From: Anthoceros angustus
Taxonomy: Eukaryota > Plantae > Anthocerotophyta
NCBI GenBank assembly: GCA_010909165.1
Contig: VJWM01000249.1
Coordinates: forward strand, 171,084 to 235,083
Direction: 5' to 3'
DNA length: 64,000 nt
The notes below the pieces were generated by a model. It worked only from the letters and a program-made list of their open reading frames with translations. It ran no database searches and was not told the origin of the DNA. The position numbers were made by a program, and so were the translations under genes. Positions within the stretch are counted from its first letter, which is position 1; each line of letters begins with the position of its first letter. Below, in pieces: positions 12,070 to 24,084 of the stretch.

Positions 12070-12654
12070 CTAGCAGGAAGCAGAGGCGGCAGAGTGGACG
12101 AACATCTCCCGGCATCCTGCTTGCTTCCGGGCGCGCGGAACCCCCGGCCCGATCGTGGCGGTGGACGAGCAGCAAGGCAGCATGCCAAGTTGCGCAAGTT
12201 GCACGAGTCGGACAAGTTGGACGACTCGCGGGACTTACAAGTCGGACGACTCCACGGCGGTAACAAGCAAGACGGAATTAAGGGCAACACCTACAGGGAT
12301 TAATAAAGGCAGGCAGCCTGCCGCCGCCTCTGCGTAAAGAATATCTCCCGGAGGCCAGTTCGGAGGCACTTGGATATCGACCACGTCCGTGGGCACTTGG
12401 AGATCCAACGCGTCAGCTACACAAATCCATGGAATCCAGACATCTAACGCGCCAGCGCACACTCTTTCCGTCCCGGAACGGAAACTATCCGCGCTTTGCA
12501 CCGGATTGAATCATGCTTTGCGCATGAATGCACCTTACGTAAACGAGATGAGCAAGGGAGTGACAAATGTTGCGTTCTCATTCACGCTCAGATCTTGGGA
12601 AGCATGCATCCAAGGCTCTGTTCCCGCGTCTCTTCCCGAATCATAAAAGAGAAC

Positions 12655-12723
12655 CACGAGGTGTTGCAACAGGAATGTAGGACACACGAGGTGTTGCAAC
12701 AGGAATGTAGGACACACGAGGTG
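12655..12723. repeat. 30-bp tandem repeat, ~2.3 copies
   Basis: CACGAGGTGTTGCAACAGGAATGTAGGACA occurs twice plus a partial copy. Confidence 0.9.
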
Positions 12724-12958
12724 CCCACACTGACTCAGCTGTCGACGCCGCTGGGACACAAGACATACATTCGATAACATTCGCTGGAATCTGCCATCAG
12801 CTGGTGGGCGACTTGTCTCCTTGCATGTGGAGTTTCACTAGGCAGCGAACCAGTAGGGGTCCCGCCGACCTGAATTCTCTGGGCTTCAGGGACCCACCCT
12901 GTCCTGCGCAGACGTCACTAGCTGCATGGATTTGATTCAGGTAGCACTTGCCTGAGAT

Positions 12959-15900
12959 CTAACCATGCTCCTTACCCAGTATTTTTTCAATGGCTACAAC
13001 AAGCTCGTTTGCGTTGAATGGTTTGCCGAGGTAACCATCCATGCCAGAGTAAAAACAAACATCCTGATAACCCTGTATAGCATGTGCGGTGGAGCCTAAG
13101 ATTGGGAGCCTTCTCAGGCCCTCTACTTCCTCTGCGTCCCTTATTTTCCTCGTGGCTTCCAGGCCGTCCATCTTCGGCATCTGCAACACAGACATGTAAA
13201 ATCTTTCTTGTGTCAGAATCACGTCAACCGAGAAGACACAACCAACGTACGAGTGAGTACAACCACTGACGACCACTCAAGACAAAGAAAGGTGGAAGGT
13301 ACCTGAACATCCATGACTATTAAATCCAACGACTCGTGGTTGGCTTTTACAAACTCGAGGGCCTGCAGTCCATCTTCTACCACCGTGACAGTATGTCCAT
13401 GCCTTTGTAGCAGACGGCATGCTACCTTCTGGTTGATGACGTTATCCTCTGCGAGAAGAACATTAAGGCCCCTTTGGGGTGTTGGGGCTGGCCTGGAGGG
13501 AGCAACCTTTCTTCCATGCGGTTCCCAACCATTGCGTGGTTCTTGCCCCGTATTCACACTCCCACGCATCATTTCCACCACACCCCCGTTTGCCTGCCTA
13601 CTACTACTACCTAGCACAGTCGAGGACCCGCATGTTATGCAAGCGTTGTGCACAGCTGTGGTTGCAGAGGGTTCCGCACACTGCTCCACTTCCGAGGGTT
13701 GCCTCTCTTCCAGTTTCTGTTCTTCCTCAACTCTTGCTTCTATATCTACATCCTTACCCTGTTCCCCTGCACTATGCTGTCCTACAGCCCCATGAGAAAC
13801 ACCAAGGCTAACATCCTCCTCGCTGCTCAATGACAAGGCTTGATGTCTTGATTCTGGGATGGAGTCCATTCTTTGGAAGGCAGCATCTCTCCTGGTCCTC
13901 TCTAACCCTAAAGTTGCACGCACCTCAGACAACAACCTTGCTCTCAAGCATGGGCCTGAAGCAGCATTATTTGAAGGGCCGTCGGCGTGACTCCAATCGG
14001 AATCTCGAAGGCTGCCTTCCCGACCGGGCAGTAGTCGCGAGTTACACACATCCTCATCCTCCGAGAGGCTTGTGCCAGGCTGATCCACACCAGTCGCTAC
14101 TCCCAGAGATAATGACGTAGACTTCCTATGTGATTTTCTAGACCAGTATAGCCTATGAAGAGCTCCAGGATCAGACATACTCCTTTCCAGAAGAACATGA
14201 GAAACCTTTTTGGTCCTAGCCTGCGTTTCCTGATGTTGGTCCCCGTTCAAACTGCCCTCTTGCTCTTCGTGTGGGGATTGTTTTGCCTGTAGAGCGATAT
14301 ACTGAAAGGCCTCTGGAGAGTTCGAATTCTGCTGAGCAGTCAAGGACGCATTCTCTGTCACAAAGGCAAGCAGTACAGAGCTCCTCAGCCCAGTCCTGGC
14401 CAGTGCTTCCTCTCAAGCCGGAATGCTAAACAAAAGAAACCCCACTACTGAACGTCCTTCCTTCCCCACGTTCCCTGACTAGCAAAAGACTGTCCACCAC
14501 TGTACCATACATACCTGTGAGAGCAAGGGTTGCACCATGCTTGAGAGGTGTTGACAGCACAGACGGTTCCCCGAGATCTCCAGAATCCGAGACACGGACT
14601 TGCAAATCTCTGGCGTTCATGTCAAAATCCACTGGAATGGCGAAGAAGAAGGCACTTCCAGACCCCAGCTGACTTTCTGCCCAGACATGTCCACCCAGCA
14701 GCTCGCAAAACCTGCAGGATGAAGGCGAAACCCCAAGTCAGACACAACAATGCCGCAGGGCAAAATGCAGAGCAGCAAGCTCGTGGGAGCAGTCAGCAGC
14801 AGAGCATACCGTTGCACAATACACAGACCGAGACCAGTCCCACCATAAAGCCGAGACGTGGAGGCATCGGCCTGCGTGAACGGATTAAACATATCCTGCA
14901 GCTTTTCACTGCTGATCCCAATGCCGGTATCACGCACTTCGAAAAGCACATCCACTCTCCCGTCCCGCCCCATCCCCGGAAGCAGCTGGGACGCTCTACC
15001 AAGCACATGCTCCGATTGCGGCTCCAAGACATCAATCACGGTGGAGCAGGAGGTTTCATCCAGAGGCTCCACCTTGAACCCGGGGCCGGGCCAGCTGGAC
15101 CAGCTCCGCAGCCTGGGCGCCGCGCCCTCCTTCCTCTTACCCGTCCGGGGCTGCCTGTGCAACGAGACCCTCACCGCGACCGATCCCTGTTGCGTAAACT
15201 TCAAGGCATTACCAACTGCAGCCTCGAAACCAAGAGAGCGAAAGGTGAGGCGTGCGGCTGCAGGTGTCTGCAGGCACACACACACATAGGGACTTGAACT
15301 TCACGGGAGAGAGCAAGGCGGTACCACAGGCTCTCAGAGGTCATGCAAACTCACCCAGATTCAGCAGGCACTGCTGCACCTTCCCCGGATCCCCGTTGCA
15401 CAAATCCGGCACGTCGGCATCCACGCACCACTTCAACGGCAGCCCCCGCGCCTGCGCCCTGGGCAGCAGCATCCGCATGGTGCTCATCACCGTCCTCCGC
15501 ATGCTGAACTGCACGCACTCCACGTCCAGCCTCCCCGCCTCGATCTTGGCCAGGTCCAGAATGCTGTTGATAATGTGCAGCAGCAGGTCCGCGCATTCCT
15601 TGAGCGAGAGCAAATTGTCCCGCTGGTCCGCGTTCAGCGTGGACTCCAGCAGCAACCCCGTCATCCCCAAAATCCCATGAATCGGAGTCCTGCAACAAAC
15701 CCAGAACCCTGCTCATCAGTCCCACAGCCCACAAAGCTCCACGGCCTCTACAGGTCATAACATTCACTGTCACTGTGTCTCGAGAGAGGCATTGCCTGAT
15801 CTCATGGCTCATGTTGGCCAGAAAGTCGGACTTGGCATGACTCGCCTTCTCCGCCCGGGCCTGGCTGGCCTCCAACTCCTTCACCTTGTGCTGCACGGCC

Positions 15901-17054
15901 TTGGTCCGCTCCTCCACCTGCTGCTCCAGATGCTGGTTATACCCGCTCAGCTGCCTGGCCAGCTGCTTGTTCTCCGTGACAGCAGCCGCGAGAAAGATCC
16001 CCACAAGCGCCACCACGGCCACGTAGAGCTCGATCTGGACCAGCAGCTTCGGGGAACTGGGCTCCTGCCGGCCGGACATCTGGTAGAAGGCCCCGCGCTG
16101 GTTCAGAGTCGCCCAGCTGCAGATGAGCGCGTTGCAGAGCACCACCAGCGCCCACCCCCACCTGGGCTGCAAGAACACCCCCGCCACCACCACCGGGAAG
16201 ACGAGGTAGGGCAGGGGCCGGATGACGGGCGTGGTGAGGAAGCAGAAGATGAGCACCTGGAGCCCGACGCTGACGCCGTGGAAGCACACGAACTGCACAG
16301 CAGGCCGCCAGTGCAGGCAGAGGCAGAGGCAGAGGCAGCGGGCGGGAGAGAAGGGCCCCAGCCCGGCCACGGCGGCGTAGAGGTGCACCAGGAAGGGCGT
16401 CACGGCCAGCATTGCGGCCACCACCCCGAAGCACCAGGTCCCCCAGAAGCGCGCCACGTCCGCCCACGCCACCAGCCCGCTGGCGCACTGGAAGAGCGCG
16501 ATGAGCGTCTCGAAGAAGAGCGCGGAGAGCAGGACCGCGGCCACGAACTTGCAGGCGTCGCCGGTGGTGTCGATGGTGGGGATCCGGCGCCTGCGCCTGC
16601 GGCCGTCCGGGGAGAAGAAGCGGCGCATCACCAGCCCCCCGACCTGCACCTCCAGCGTGGCCAGCAGCGCCATGAGCAGGATCATGAAGACGCGCACGGT
16701 GGTGATGTCGTTCCTGGCGTACAGCATCTGGATGGTGAAGAAGCCCAGGTAGGAGCCCGCGGACACCGCCGGGCCCAGCACGGCCGCCGCCGCCAGCCCC
16801 GCCGCCCTGGGCAGGTAGACGGGGAAGATGACCGTCTTGTCCACCCGCTCCCGCACCGGGGCCACGGAGAATCGGTACAGGAAGGCCCCCGTGGCCACGA
16901 TCAGGGCCAGCGCGGCCGCGTTGTGCAGCAGGAAGCGCCACGACATCGCCCACCCCCGGGCCTGCTCCCCCTGCTGCTGCTGCTGCTGCACGTCCTGCTC
17001 CGAGCTCCACCCCGTGGTGGAGCAATCCTGCTCCTCCGACCTACCCTGCTCCAT
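12959..17054 (-). CDS. Hybrid sensor histidine kinase: multi-TM MASE1-like input, HisKA, HATPase_c and C-terminal receiver
   Basis: H-box [23 protein letters not shown]-box [13 protein letters not shown]1 VRDTGIGI, F-box [10 protein letters not shown]2 GGTGLGL. Receiver motifs are [20 protein letters not shown] and YLGKPF. The N-terminal exon has about 8-9 hydrophobic helices with a PVYLPxAxxLA motif. Confidence 0.93.
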
Positions 17055-17902
17055 CTCCCACCCTACTCCACAACCTCACGCCTGCCAGAGGTGGAGACGA
17101 GATTCCAGCCAGGGCCTCCTGGGTCGCACGAATTCCGCCTCCTCGTCCCCCCTGCTGCTGCTTGCGCGGACTGGGCTGCTCCTCCTCATCAAGCTCATGC
17201 TGGGCAGGGGCAGGGGCAGGGGCAGGGGCAGGCAGCATCACAGAGTGCGAATCCCACAGGGGGCAGCGCGGTTGAGGCGGCTGACATAGGTGACCTCGCC
17301 GCCGCGCATTGGCATTGGGATGCGCGAGCTGGCACCTTCCCCACAACTGCAGTCCCCACAACTCCGATTTCCCCCTTTCCGCTCCCAATTCTTCCCGCAT
17401 GCACATTTGCCCGTCTTCGGGTACGCAAGGCAGAGACGAGCATGCAAAAGATGCGATTTTAGCCACTCACTCACGTCGCAGGCCTACGCGTCGCGCGCCC
17501 ACCGGCCGACCCGGCCCGCCCGCCCGACACCTGTCCTTGCCGCCTCCCGCCGGTATCCTGGTATCCTGGTATCCAGCCGGGGATTGCAGCCGCACTGACC
17601 CACCCAATCACGCCGACAAATACTGCACTTTTAATATCACACATTTTAAGCACCAACACGTACTCTACTGTCTCTGCAGGGAACAATACATTTCCCAACA
17701 CAAGCACAAGTTGAACCCGAGGCCATGCCTATCGCGGTCCACACCTACATGGTATGTACTACATACCTACGTACACCCAGCTGGTCCCGATGCCGATACA
17801 CTAGAGTGTACATACACAACAGCAGGTACGTACGTAGCTACAGTACATAATTCAGCTCGGGTCCACAGACATAGGTAGGTAGCTTAGGTGTTCACCGCCC
17901 AC

Positions 17903-20851
17903 TCACGTTGCGTTGGGTGTCAGCTTGGTCGCATGCCCCTGTAAGGCTTCCCGGATGCCTTCAAGCTTCCGCAACTCGGCTTCGTCCCCAGGGGTGTTGC
18001 CATTTCTGCATTGGTGGCAATGAGTATTTAGGAAGCCGAAAGCACCTTTGTTGTGTTTCAGGGAGGAGAGGCGGGAGGGGGAGGGTTACCTGGCTCTCAC
18101 CGACACGTCGGCGCCCAGTTCGAGGAGGAGTTTCACGGCTTCCGGAGTCCCATAAGCGGCAGCTAAGTGCAGCGCGGTCTGCTTAGGATGGTCCTTGCTG
18201 TTGATATCCAGGCCGTGGCGCACCAGACGCTTCACATACTCCATGTCACCACAGGCTGCTGCTTGGCATAGCTCCAGACCCGGATCCTGCCACCACTTGC
18301 CACGCTACGTCATCCGTCCCCTCAGATAGTGTGCAGCGCGTACAGCTCAAGCTACCAAAGGCACACACCATCTCACCTCCAGGTGGAGTGCGGCGCCATG
18401 TTGAGACAGAAGTTCGGCAACCTTGTCATGACCCGCCTTCAAAGTGCTCACCAAGGCAGTCCGGCCCCACACATCTGGCGCGTTGGGAAGTTAGCATGTC
18501 ACCGTCCTCAATAACGGGTGGTAATGACACTCCTCATCACAAGAGGAAATGAGATGCAGCTGCAGGTAGAATTTTTAGCTACCTTTCGCATTCACGTCCT
18601 CGCCTCTCCCTATCAGCATCTCCACACAGTCGACGTGACCGTTCAGGGCTGCTACATGCTGAACACAGAGCACACAATCAGTGTTAACTCTTGCGAACTA
18701 GCTGTTGGACCAAAGCACGAAACAACACCAACAAGAACCAGAATTGCTGTCTACAATCATACACTACTCAGATAGCATCAGACATGAAGACCCCATCCTG
18801 GACCACTAAGGGAAGAAGACACAGGCCAAAAGTCCCAACAAAGTCTCGGTACCACTCCTGCCCGGACACATGCCCCAGCTCCAAAGCAACCTTGACAAGC
18901 CTAAGTTGGCGACAGTCAAGCACCAACAGACAAACACCGACACGTCTCCACTTGACTGGAGACCATGTGAAACTACTTCCCCGCTGACTCCTAGTACGTA
19001 CAACAGAGAGGAGCAAATGATTTCCAACTGCAAAACCCCACCAGCCGCTGAATACTTGTGAATGCCAGCAACACTGAGGGCTAGTGTGTTCCACTCATGT
19101 CATCATGAAGCAAAAACTGAGCTACTTGCTGATGCAAGGATTGATGGCTTCACAGCTTTTTTTTGGGAGGGTTCTCTTCTGACTTGCCGCAACATACCAC
19201 CTGCAGCAAACAGCAAAAGCTGCCGCTACAGTCACTGGCAAAATACTGTGCAGAACATGCATCCACAAGCCACAGCGTGATGGTCAAATCCCGCAAAATG
19301 TCCTGCCTAATAGGTCCTGTCAATGCTCAAATACATGCGCCAGACAGACTCCATCAATAAGCCTGCATGCCCCACGTTACCCCTGCTGCTCACTCTTTTG
19401 CACATCACAGACTTTTGAAAAGCTGGAAACTACAGGTGGGCCAACTTTCACGGCTGCAAAACCCTGAGAGAACACAACGCCCTCCTCCCCAACCCCGCCA
19501 ACCCCACACAGTGAAATCTAAACATTCAGAGTCGGTAGAAGCTGTGAAGTTGGAATAGATACCAATGCTGTCCGCCCCAAAAAATCAGACGAAGGCGCAC
19601 TGCCAGCCTGCAAGGCTTGTCGTAGTGATGCCACATCTCCCTTCTCCGCAAAGGTCCAAACATCTTGAGTTGATCCAGTTGTGAAAGCACTCGACACAGC
19701 TTGAGAATCAGCAGCCTGTGGCGGCTGACCGAGCTTTCTTAAAGCGATGGCAAACTCAAAGGTAGCTATGGTGTACTGGCCAGCTTGCACGGGGTTAAGA
19801 ATATCGATGACCTCCCTCAGGGCACGGCATCGCAATATCTCTGCCTGAACAACCAGCTTGCGCAAGACAGCAAGCTTTGGCGCAATTGCATCCCGTATGC
19901 TAGAGAGATCAAAAGATTCACTCGGTGGAGGCTCTGCCAGAGTTGCTCTTGCCAAGGGTTGGTCAGCCACATTCATCTGCAGTCCAGAAAGAGGCTCCCA
20001 TGTCAGACAAGACGTCCAAACCCTCCTCACAGCATGCACACTTGTTATTTACGCCTCTCCCATCTCGTCTACCAGCAGAACATTTCTCCGGTTACATTTA
20101 CCTACCTATCCATCAGCAGAAATCGGGCGTTTCCTCGCGATGCAGGAAAAGAAGAGAACATATAGGACAAGGAAAGGAAGATTCAAGAAAAAAGACACAT
20201 CATGTGACATAATTCTTCCAGTGCTTTCCCTGGCAAGATCAACATTGTTATGACGTGAACCTGCAAAACTGAACTAGCATCAGCCATGTCCCTCACGTCT
20301 GGCCACCTTAAGGCAAGGAGGATCCAGCTCACCAAAGCACACACAGTCGCTGCTACCTGCTGCAGGGCGAAGCTCTTGTCAATCCTGTCCTCCTGATCCC
20401 GCAGCTGTCGTTGCAGCGAGTCCACCTTTTGAATTTGACTACTGGACAGAGACGCCAGCGCTGGCACGTTGCAGTCCTCCAGCAGCTTCAGCAAATCCCC
20501 CTGGAACTCGTGGCCGGCTGTCAAGTTGGGAAAGAATTCCTTCACCTGCGCTCCCATCAAGGAGAAGAGGAGGACGGTGGCTGTGGTTGGCCTGTAGCCC
20601 CCTAGCCATAGCAAGCCCGATATGTAAGAGGTCTGCCACCGGCCTCCCGCCACATACGACAGGTCCTCCTCAGCAACCTGGGTCTTGACCCGCGCACAAT
20701 CATGGTACAGCTTGCAGCAGGCTTCCACAAGCAGTATGATTTCCTGGTCCGAGTGGTGCTGATCCAACGCCTTGCGCAGAGCTGCAAGGTGCTGTTTCGC
20801 CTGCTCCAGCCAGTCGGCGTAGAATCTCTCAAATCCTTGTCCCACATTCAT
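17903..20851 (-). CDS. DOG1-domain / ankyrin-repeat fusion protein (~460 aa, 6 exons)
   Basis: Exons 20851-20357, 19976-19563, 18658-18583, 18474-18377, 18286-18090 and 18005-17903 splice in frame. DOG1 motifs are FERFYADWLEQ, LLWLGGYRPTT and QAEILRCRALREVIDILNPVQAG. Ankyrin motifs are GRTALHVAALNGHVDCVEMLI and QTALHLAAAYGTPEAVKLLLELGADV. Confidence 0.9.
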
Positions 20852-21170
20852 CGCGTCCGACGTTCATTGCAGGACTCAACGGAGCGGTCAGGTCGGTGTC
20901 ACCACCTGCAGCAGCAAGCAGAGGAGTGGAATACTCCAGAACAGACATAAGGCTTGCCCCGACCTTCACACAGCCAGCTGCAGGTCAACTTGATTGGAAA
21001 AGACGGTGGGACTCGGAGCATGAATGCAACTGGAGCATGAGGTACATCCCATGGGGCTCACAAGTTACGACAGTCACTACGACTAGGTGTGTAGCTAGCT
21101 AGCTTCACTGCTTCACTCTGTTACTCACTAGTTTTCACTGAGATTTGATTTGTGGGCCTGCAGTCAGCAG

Positions 21171-21180
21171 ATTTATATAC
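21171..21180 (-). promoter_or_regulatory. Putative TATA box of the DOG1-ANK gene
   Basis: GTATATAAAT on the minus strand, ~320 bp upstream of the ATG at 20851. Confidence 0.4.
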
Positions 21181-21789
21181 TGAAGTCAGCAAATAGCAAA
21201 ACACTAGTTTTCACTAAGGCTGGATTCACGCACTGTCACGGTGGCAGATCGGTCCTGGCACGTTTGCTCCGGCCGGTCTAGCCATCACGGACCCCAACCT
21301 TTTAAACACACCCATAACATAGTTTCACCGTCATGATGAAGTGACCGTTTACCTATATTGATTAATCCATTAATTATTTTTATTCTTATTAAATAATTTA
21401 TAGTCCACCCTCCCTAATTGGCACTCCATAAATGGAAAACCTCTTTAATTGGGAGCATTAAATATATATTGATTTAAATTAATAATAAATCCCTTCTCCC
21501 TTCTCGTGCTGCTCATTCCTAGCTCCTGGGCCCTGCTCACTACCCTCGTCTTCCACCTTGGCTACTACTACCAACTCCTCAGGAATCGGTCATCATTAGC
21601 CACCGTCCGCTCTCCCGTTTTCAGTCGAGAAACAAAGTCTGCATTGACATGTTGCTTCCCTGCCCTAGTCTCGACATCAAAATCAAACTCTTGCAGCAAC
21701 AAAACCCACCTAGCAATCCTTCCTCACAAATCCGATTTGTTCACAAGATATTTCAACGCAAAATGCACATGGAACTAATGGAGATAGCG

Positions 21790-22400
21790 TGTTGAGTCAT
21801 GATTTAGTGTTAGCTAATAGCGTCATATATAAAGTGTGTGTATATAGTTTAATTTAAACTTACTTACCTCTTTGTTAGGGTTACGTCTATTCGCCAATAG
21901 TCACACCCATTCATATTAAGTTAAGTCTAGTTCTTGTTTTAGTTTTACTTACCTCTTTCTTAATATACAATGAATTTATCTGATTAATTGATCCACATCT
22001 TCATGTATTTTGTTATGGTATCAGAGCCTATTTAGATGTGGATTGCATTCTAGAGAATGCACATTAAATTGTGCACATTTAGATGTGCGCAATCACGTAT
22101 CTTTTGTTGTTTCTTGTTTAGAAATTAGATTTTTAAATAAGAAAACAAAAGAACAATCAAGAAATGAATTTGTAGTTGCTTTTTCTTTATTTTTCTATCT
22201 ACAAATTTGCTAATTCTGGGAGTTAGTCCTAGTGCATTTGCCGTCAGATTGCTGCCTAGCAATTTCACACTAAATACACTAGAACAACTGCCAGAATTGG
22301 CAATTTGTTTATTGAATTTTATAAAAGAAATTTACAGAATGTATTTTAGATGCATTTTACAAGCAATTACAAAATCTGCCACAAATGGCAGAAGATGAGG
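21790..22400 (+). mobile_element. Copia 5' fragment: LTR (21790-22015), tRNA-iMet PBS (22016-22027) and 5' leader
   Basis: TGTTGAG...TGTTA is followed by TGGTATCAGAGC. The leader resembles 28321-28650 and the reverse complement of 60000-60300. Confidence 0.8.
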
Positions 22401-22407
22401 CCCAGCA

Positions 22408-22727
22408 TAATGATTTATAGGACTATATAGATCAATTAAGCATATTAAATATATAATTACATACTTTAGGGAGGACGCCGGCATGCCTGCCTTGGAGTGT
22501 CCCCAATCCTTCCCAACCCCACATGTTGGCATGGCAATCAAAAAAGACTTAAGTGATAAAACATGAAAAGGCAACTTAAGCAAAAGCGAAAAGCTATGCC
22601 TATTCCCTAAGGTCGTAACCCTAACGAATGGGTGTGACTATTGACTAATCAACCCCAAGTATTATCCCAAGTTACTTACTATTACTTATGGATAAGACTA
22701 AACCCTGAACCCTATTCATATTCAACA
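22408..22727 (-). mobile_element. Copia-family LTR in inverted orientation
   Basis: It starts TGTTGAATATGAATAGG on the minus strand and shares AATAGTCACACCCATTC, TTAGGGTTACG and TTAATTGATC motifs with the LTR at 21790. Confidence 0.6.
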
Positions 22728-22746
22728 CATCTATTTCTTCACAGCA

Positions 22747-23110
22747 ATGGGAACCTCTGCCAGCGAAGTGACTATGGAGATAGCGCCAACGAGTGTGAAG
22801 AAGAAAGCCGGCCCTAGCCACGAGAAACGCCCCAGAGGACGCCCTCCTGGCACCACAAAGGCGTGCAGGCGGCGGAGAGCACCCGCTTTGCGTCGATGGC
22901 GGCTTCTAACATGGGTGCTCCTTGCAGACCTCAAGAGAGTGAAGCGTTCTCCAAATTGCCAAATGCCGCTGAGTTTGCGACGGTGAGTCGCTACTCGATT
23001 GACTCCCGACCTCCTGTCCCTTGGAAGTTCCCATGCGGGGATTATGAAAAAGAGATCAAAATAGTGAGCCTGGGGTTGTCATGGCATGTAGAGGTCAAGA
23101 CAGTCAAGCA
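22747..23110 (+). pseudogene. AT-hook-containing Copia antisense-ORF relic
   Basis: KRPRGRPPG AT-hook, then (frameshifted) YSIDSRPPVPWKFP...KIVSLG, similar to YASTDQRPPVPPRFP...KIVTPG in ORF 1931-2485. Confidence 0.6.
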
Positions 23111-24084
23111 GTGTGTAGGGTGTGCCGGTGAGCATGTATGTGTCCAGGTGAGTGTGTGTGAGGGCTACCGATGTGAGTATGTGAGGAGAGGCAATGCATG
23201 ATGGCTAGGTCATAAGTGCACATATGATTTGGATGTGATGGCATGATGAGCAGCATGTATGTATGTGTGGGATGGACGTCATGGCCTCATGAGCAATGCG
23301 TGCGGAATGAGGACAAGCGCAATTAAGGCTCAGCGACGAAGATCTCTCCGGGTGCGCACATGGCTCTTCGGAATCCGGGCCGGTGATTAACACTAGCGGC
23401 AGTGGAGACTACAAAGGGCAGGCAATCCATCATTGACCGCAGATTGTTGATGTCTGGTTCATGAGAACAGCCATACACATCCCAAGCGCTCTCACAAACG
23501 TCTTGTGCGTGATTCTCAGCAGTGATGTGTGTAGGAGACAGTGACCACATAAAGAGTGGATTTTTGCACATCAACAATCCCTGCTGACGAAGCCGCACAA
23601 GAACAACAACGTGACTCGAAGGGGCTCGAAAGAGCAGCCCAAGATCCGAGTGGAAGGCTGAGAAGAGGACACAGAATCACCACACAGAATAAGTCCATGG
23701 TGGATTACCGTGAAAGCACTTTGGATTATTCACTGCTGTTTTATGCAGGCAGATCTATTCAAAAGTGGGCCAATCTAGCGGAGCAGGAACCGGCAGATTT
23801 GTGGCAAATACTCTGGAGTGAGGTGATTGACAAGCTGGCATGGTTGGCGGATTGGACTCGGGAAGGAACTTACACCAACTTTGATGAAATGCCATACATA
23901 GTCTCTTGCAGAGAAAGGGATTGAAAGTGATGGTGTTTCTACGGTCGGGTTGGACGAACGAGAGCACCCCGACACCGGGAGTCCACAGTCCCGTCACCCG
24001 ACTTCCTTCAGTTCATAGGATAGGTGATCAGTTTGAGTAGAATCACACTCCTCTTCGATCCAAGAGAACTGTGGCGGTGCCAGG

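Noticed and set aside
12655-12723. CRISPR-like repeat
   Set aside because: Head-to-tail 30-mers with no spacers, in eukaryotic DNA.
16314-16338. CLCLCLCL as a metal-binding motif
   Set aside because: It is explained by a (GCAGAG)n microsatellite expansion within the exon.
12959-17054. Bacterial contamination or recent HGT of the histidine kinase
   Set aside because: The gene has several spliceosomal introns and sits among plant genes.
15792-17462. 556-aa plus-strand ORF (also the 362-aa alternative minus frame)
   Set aside because: Shadow frames of the high-GC3 histidine kinase exon 1, with no domain motifs.
18452-18474. Apparent 23-nt microexon ending at GTGAG
   Set aside because: The frame continues openly as ankyrin sequence (VSTLKAGHDKVAELL) to the donor at 18376.
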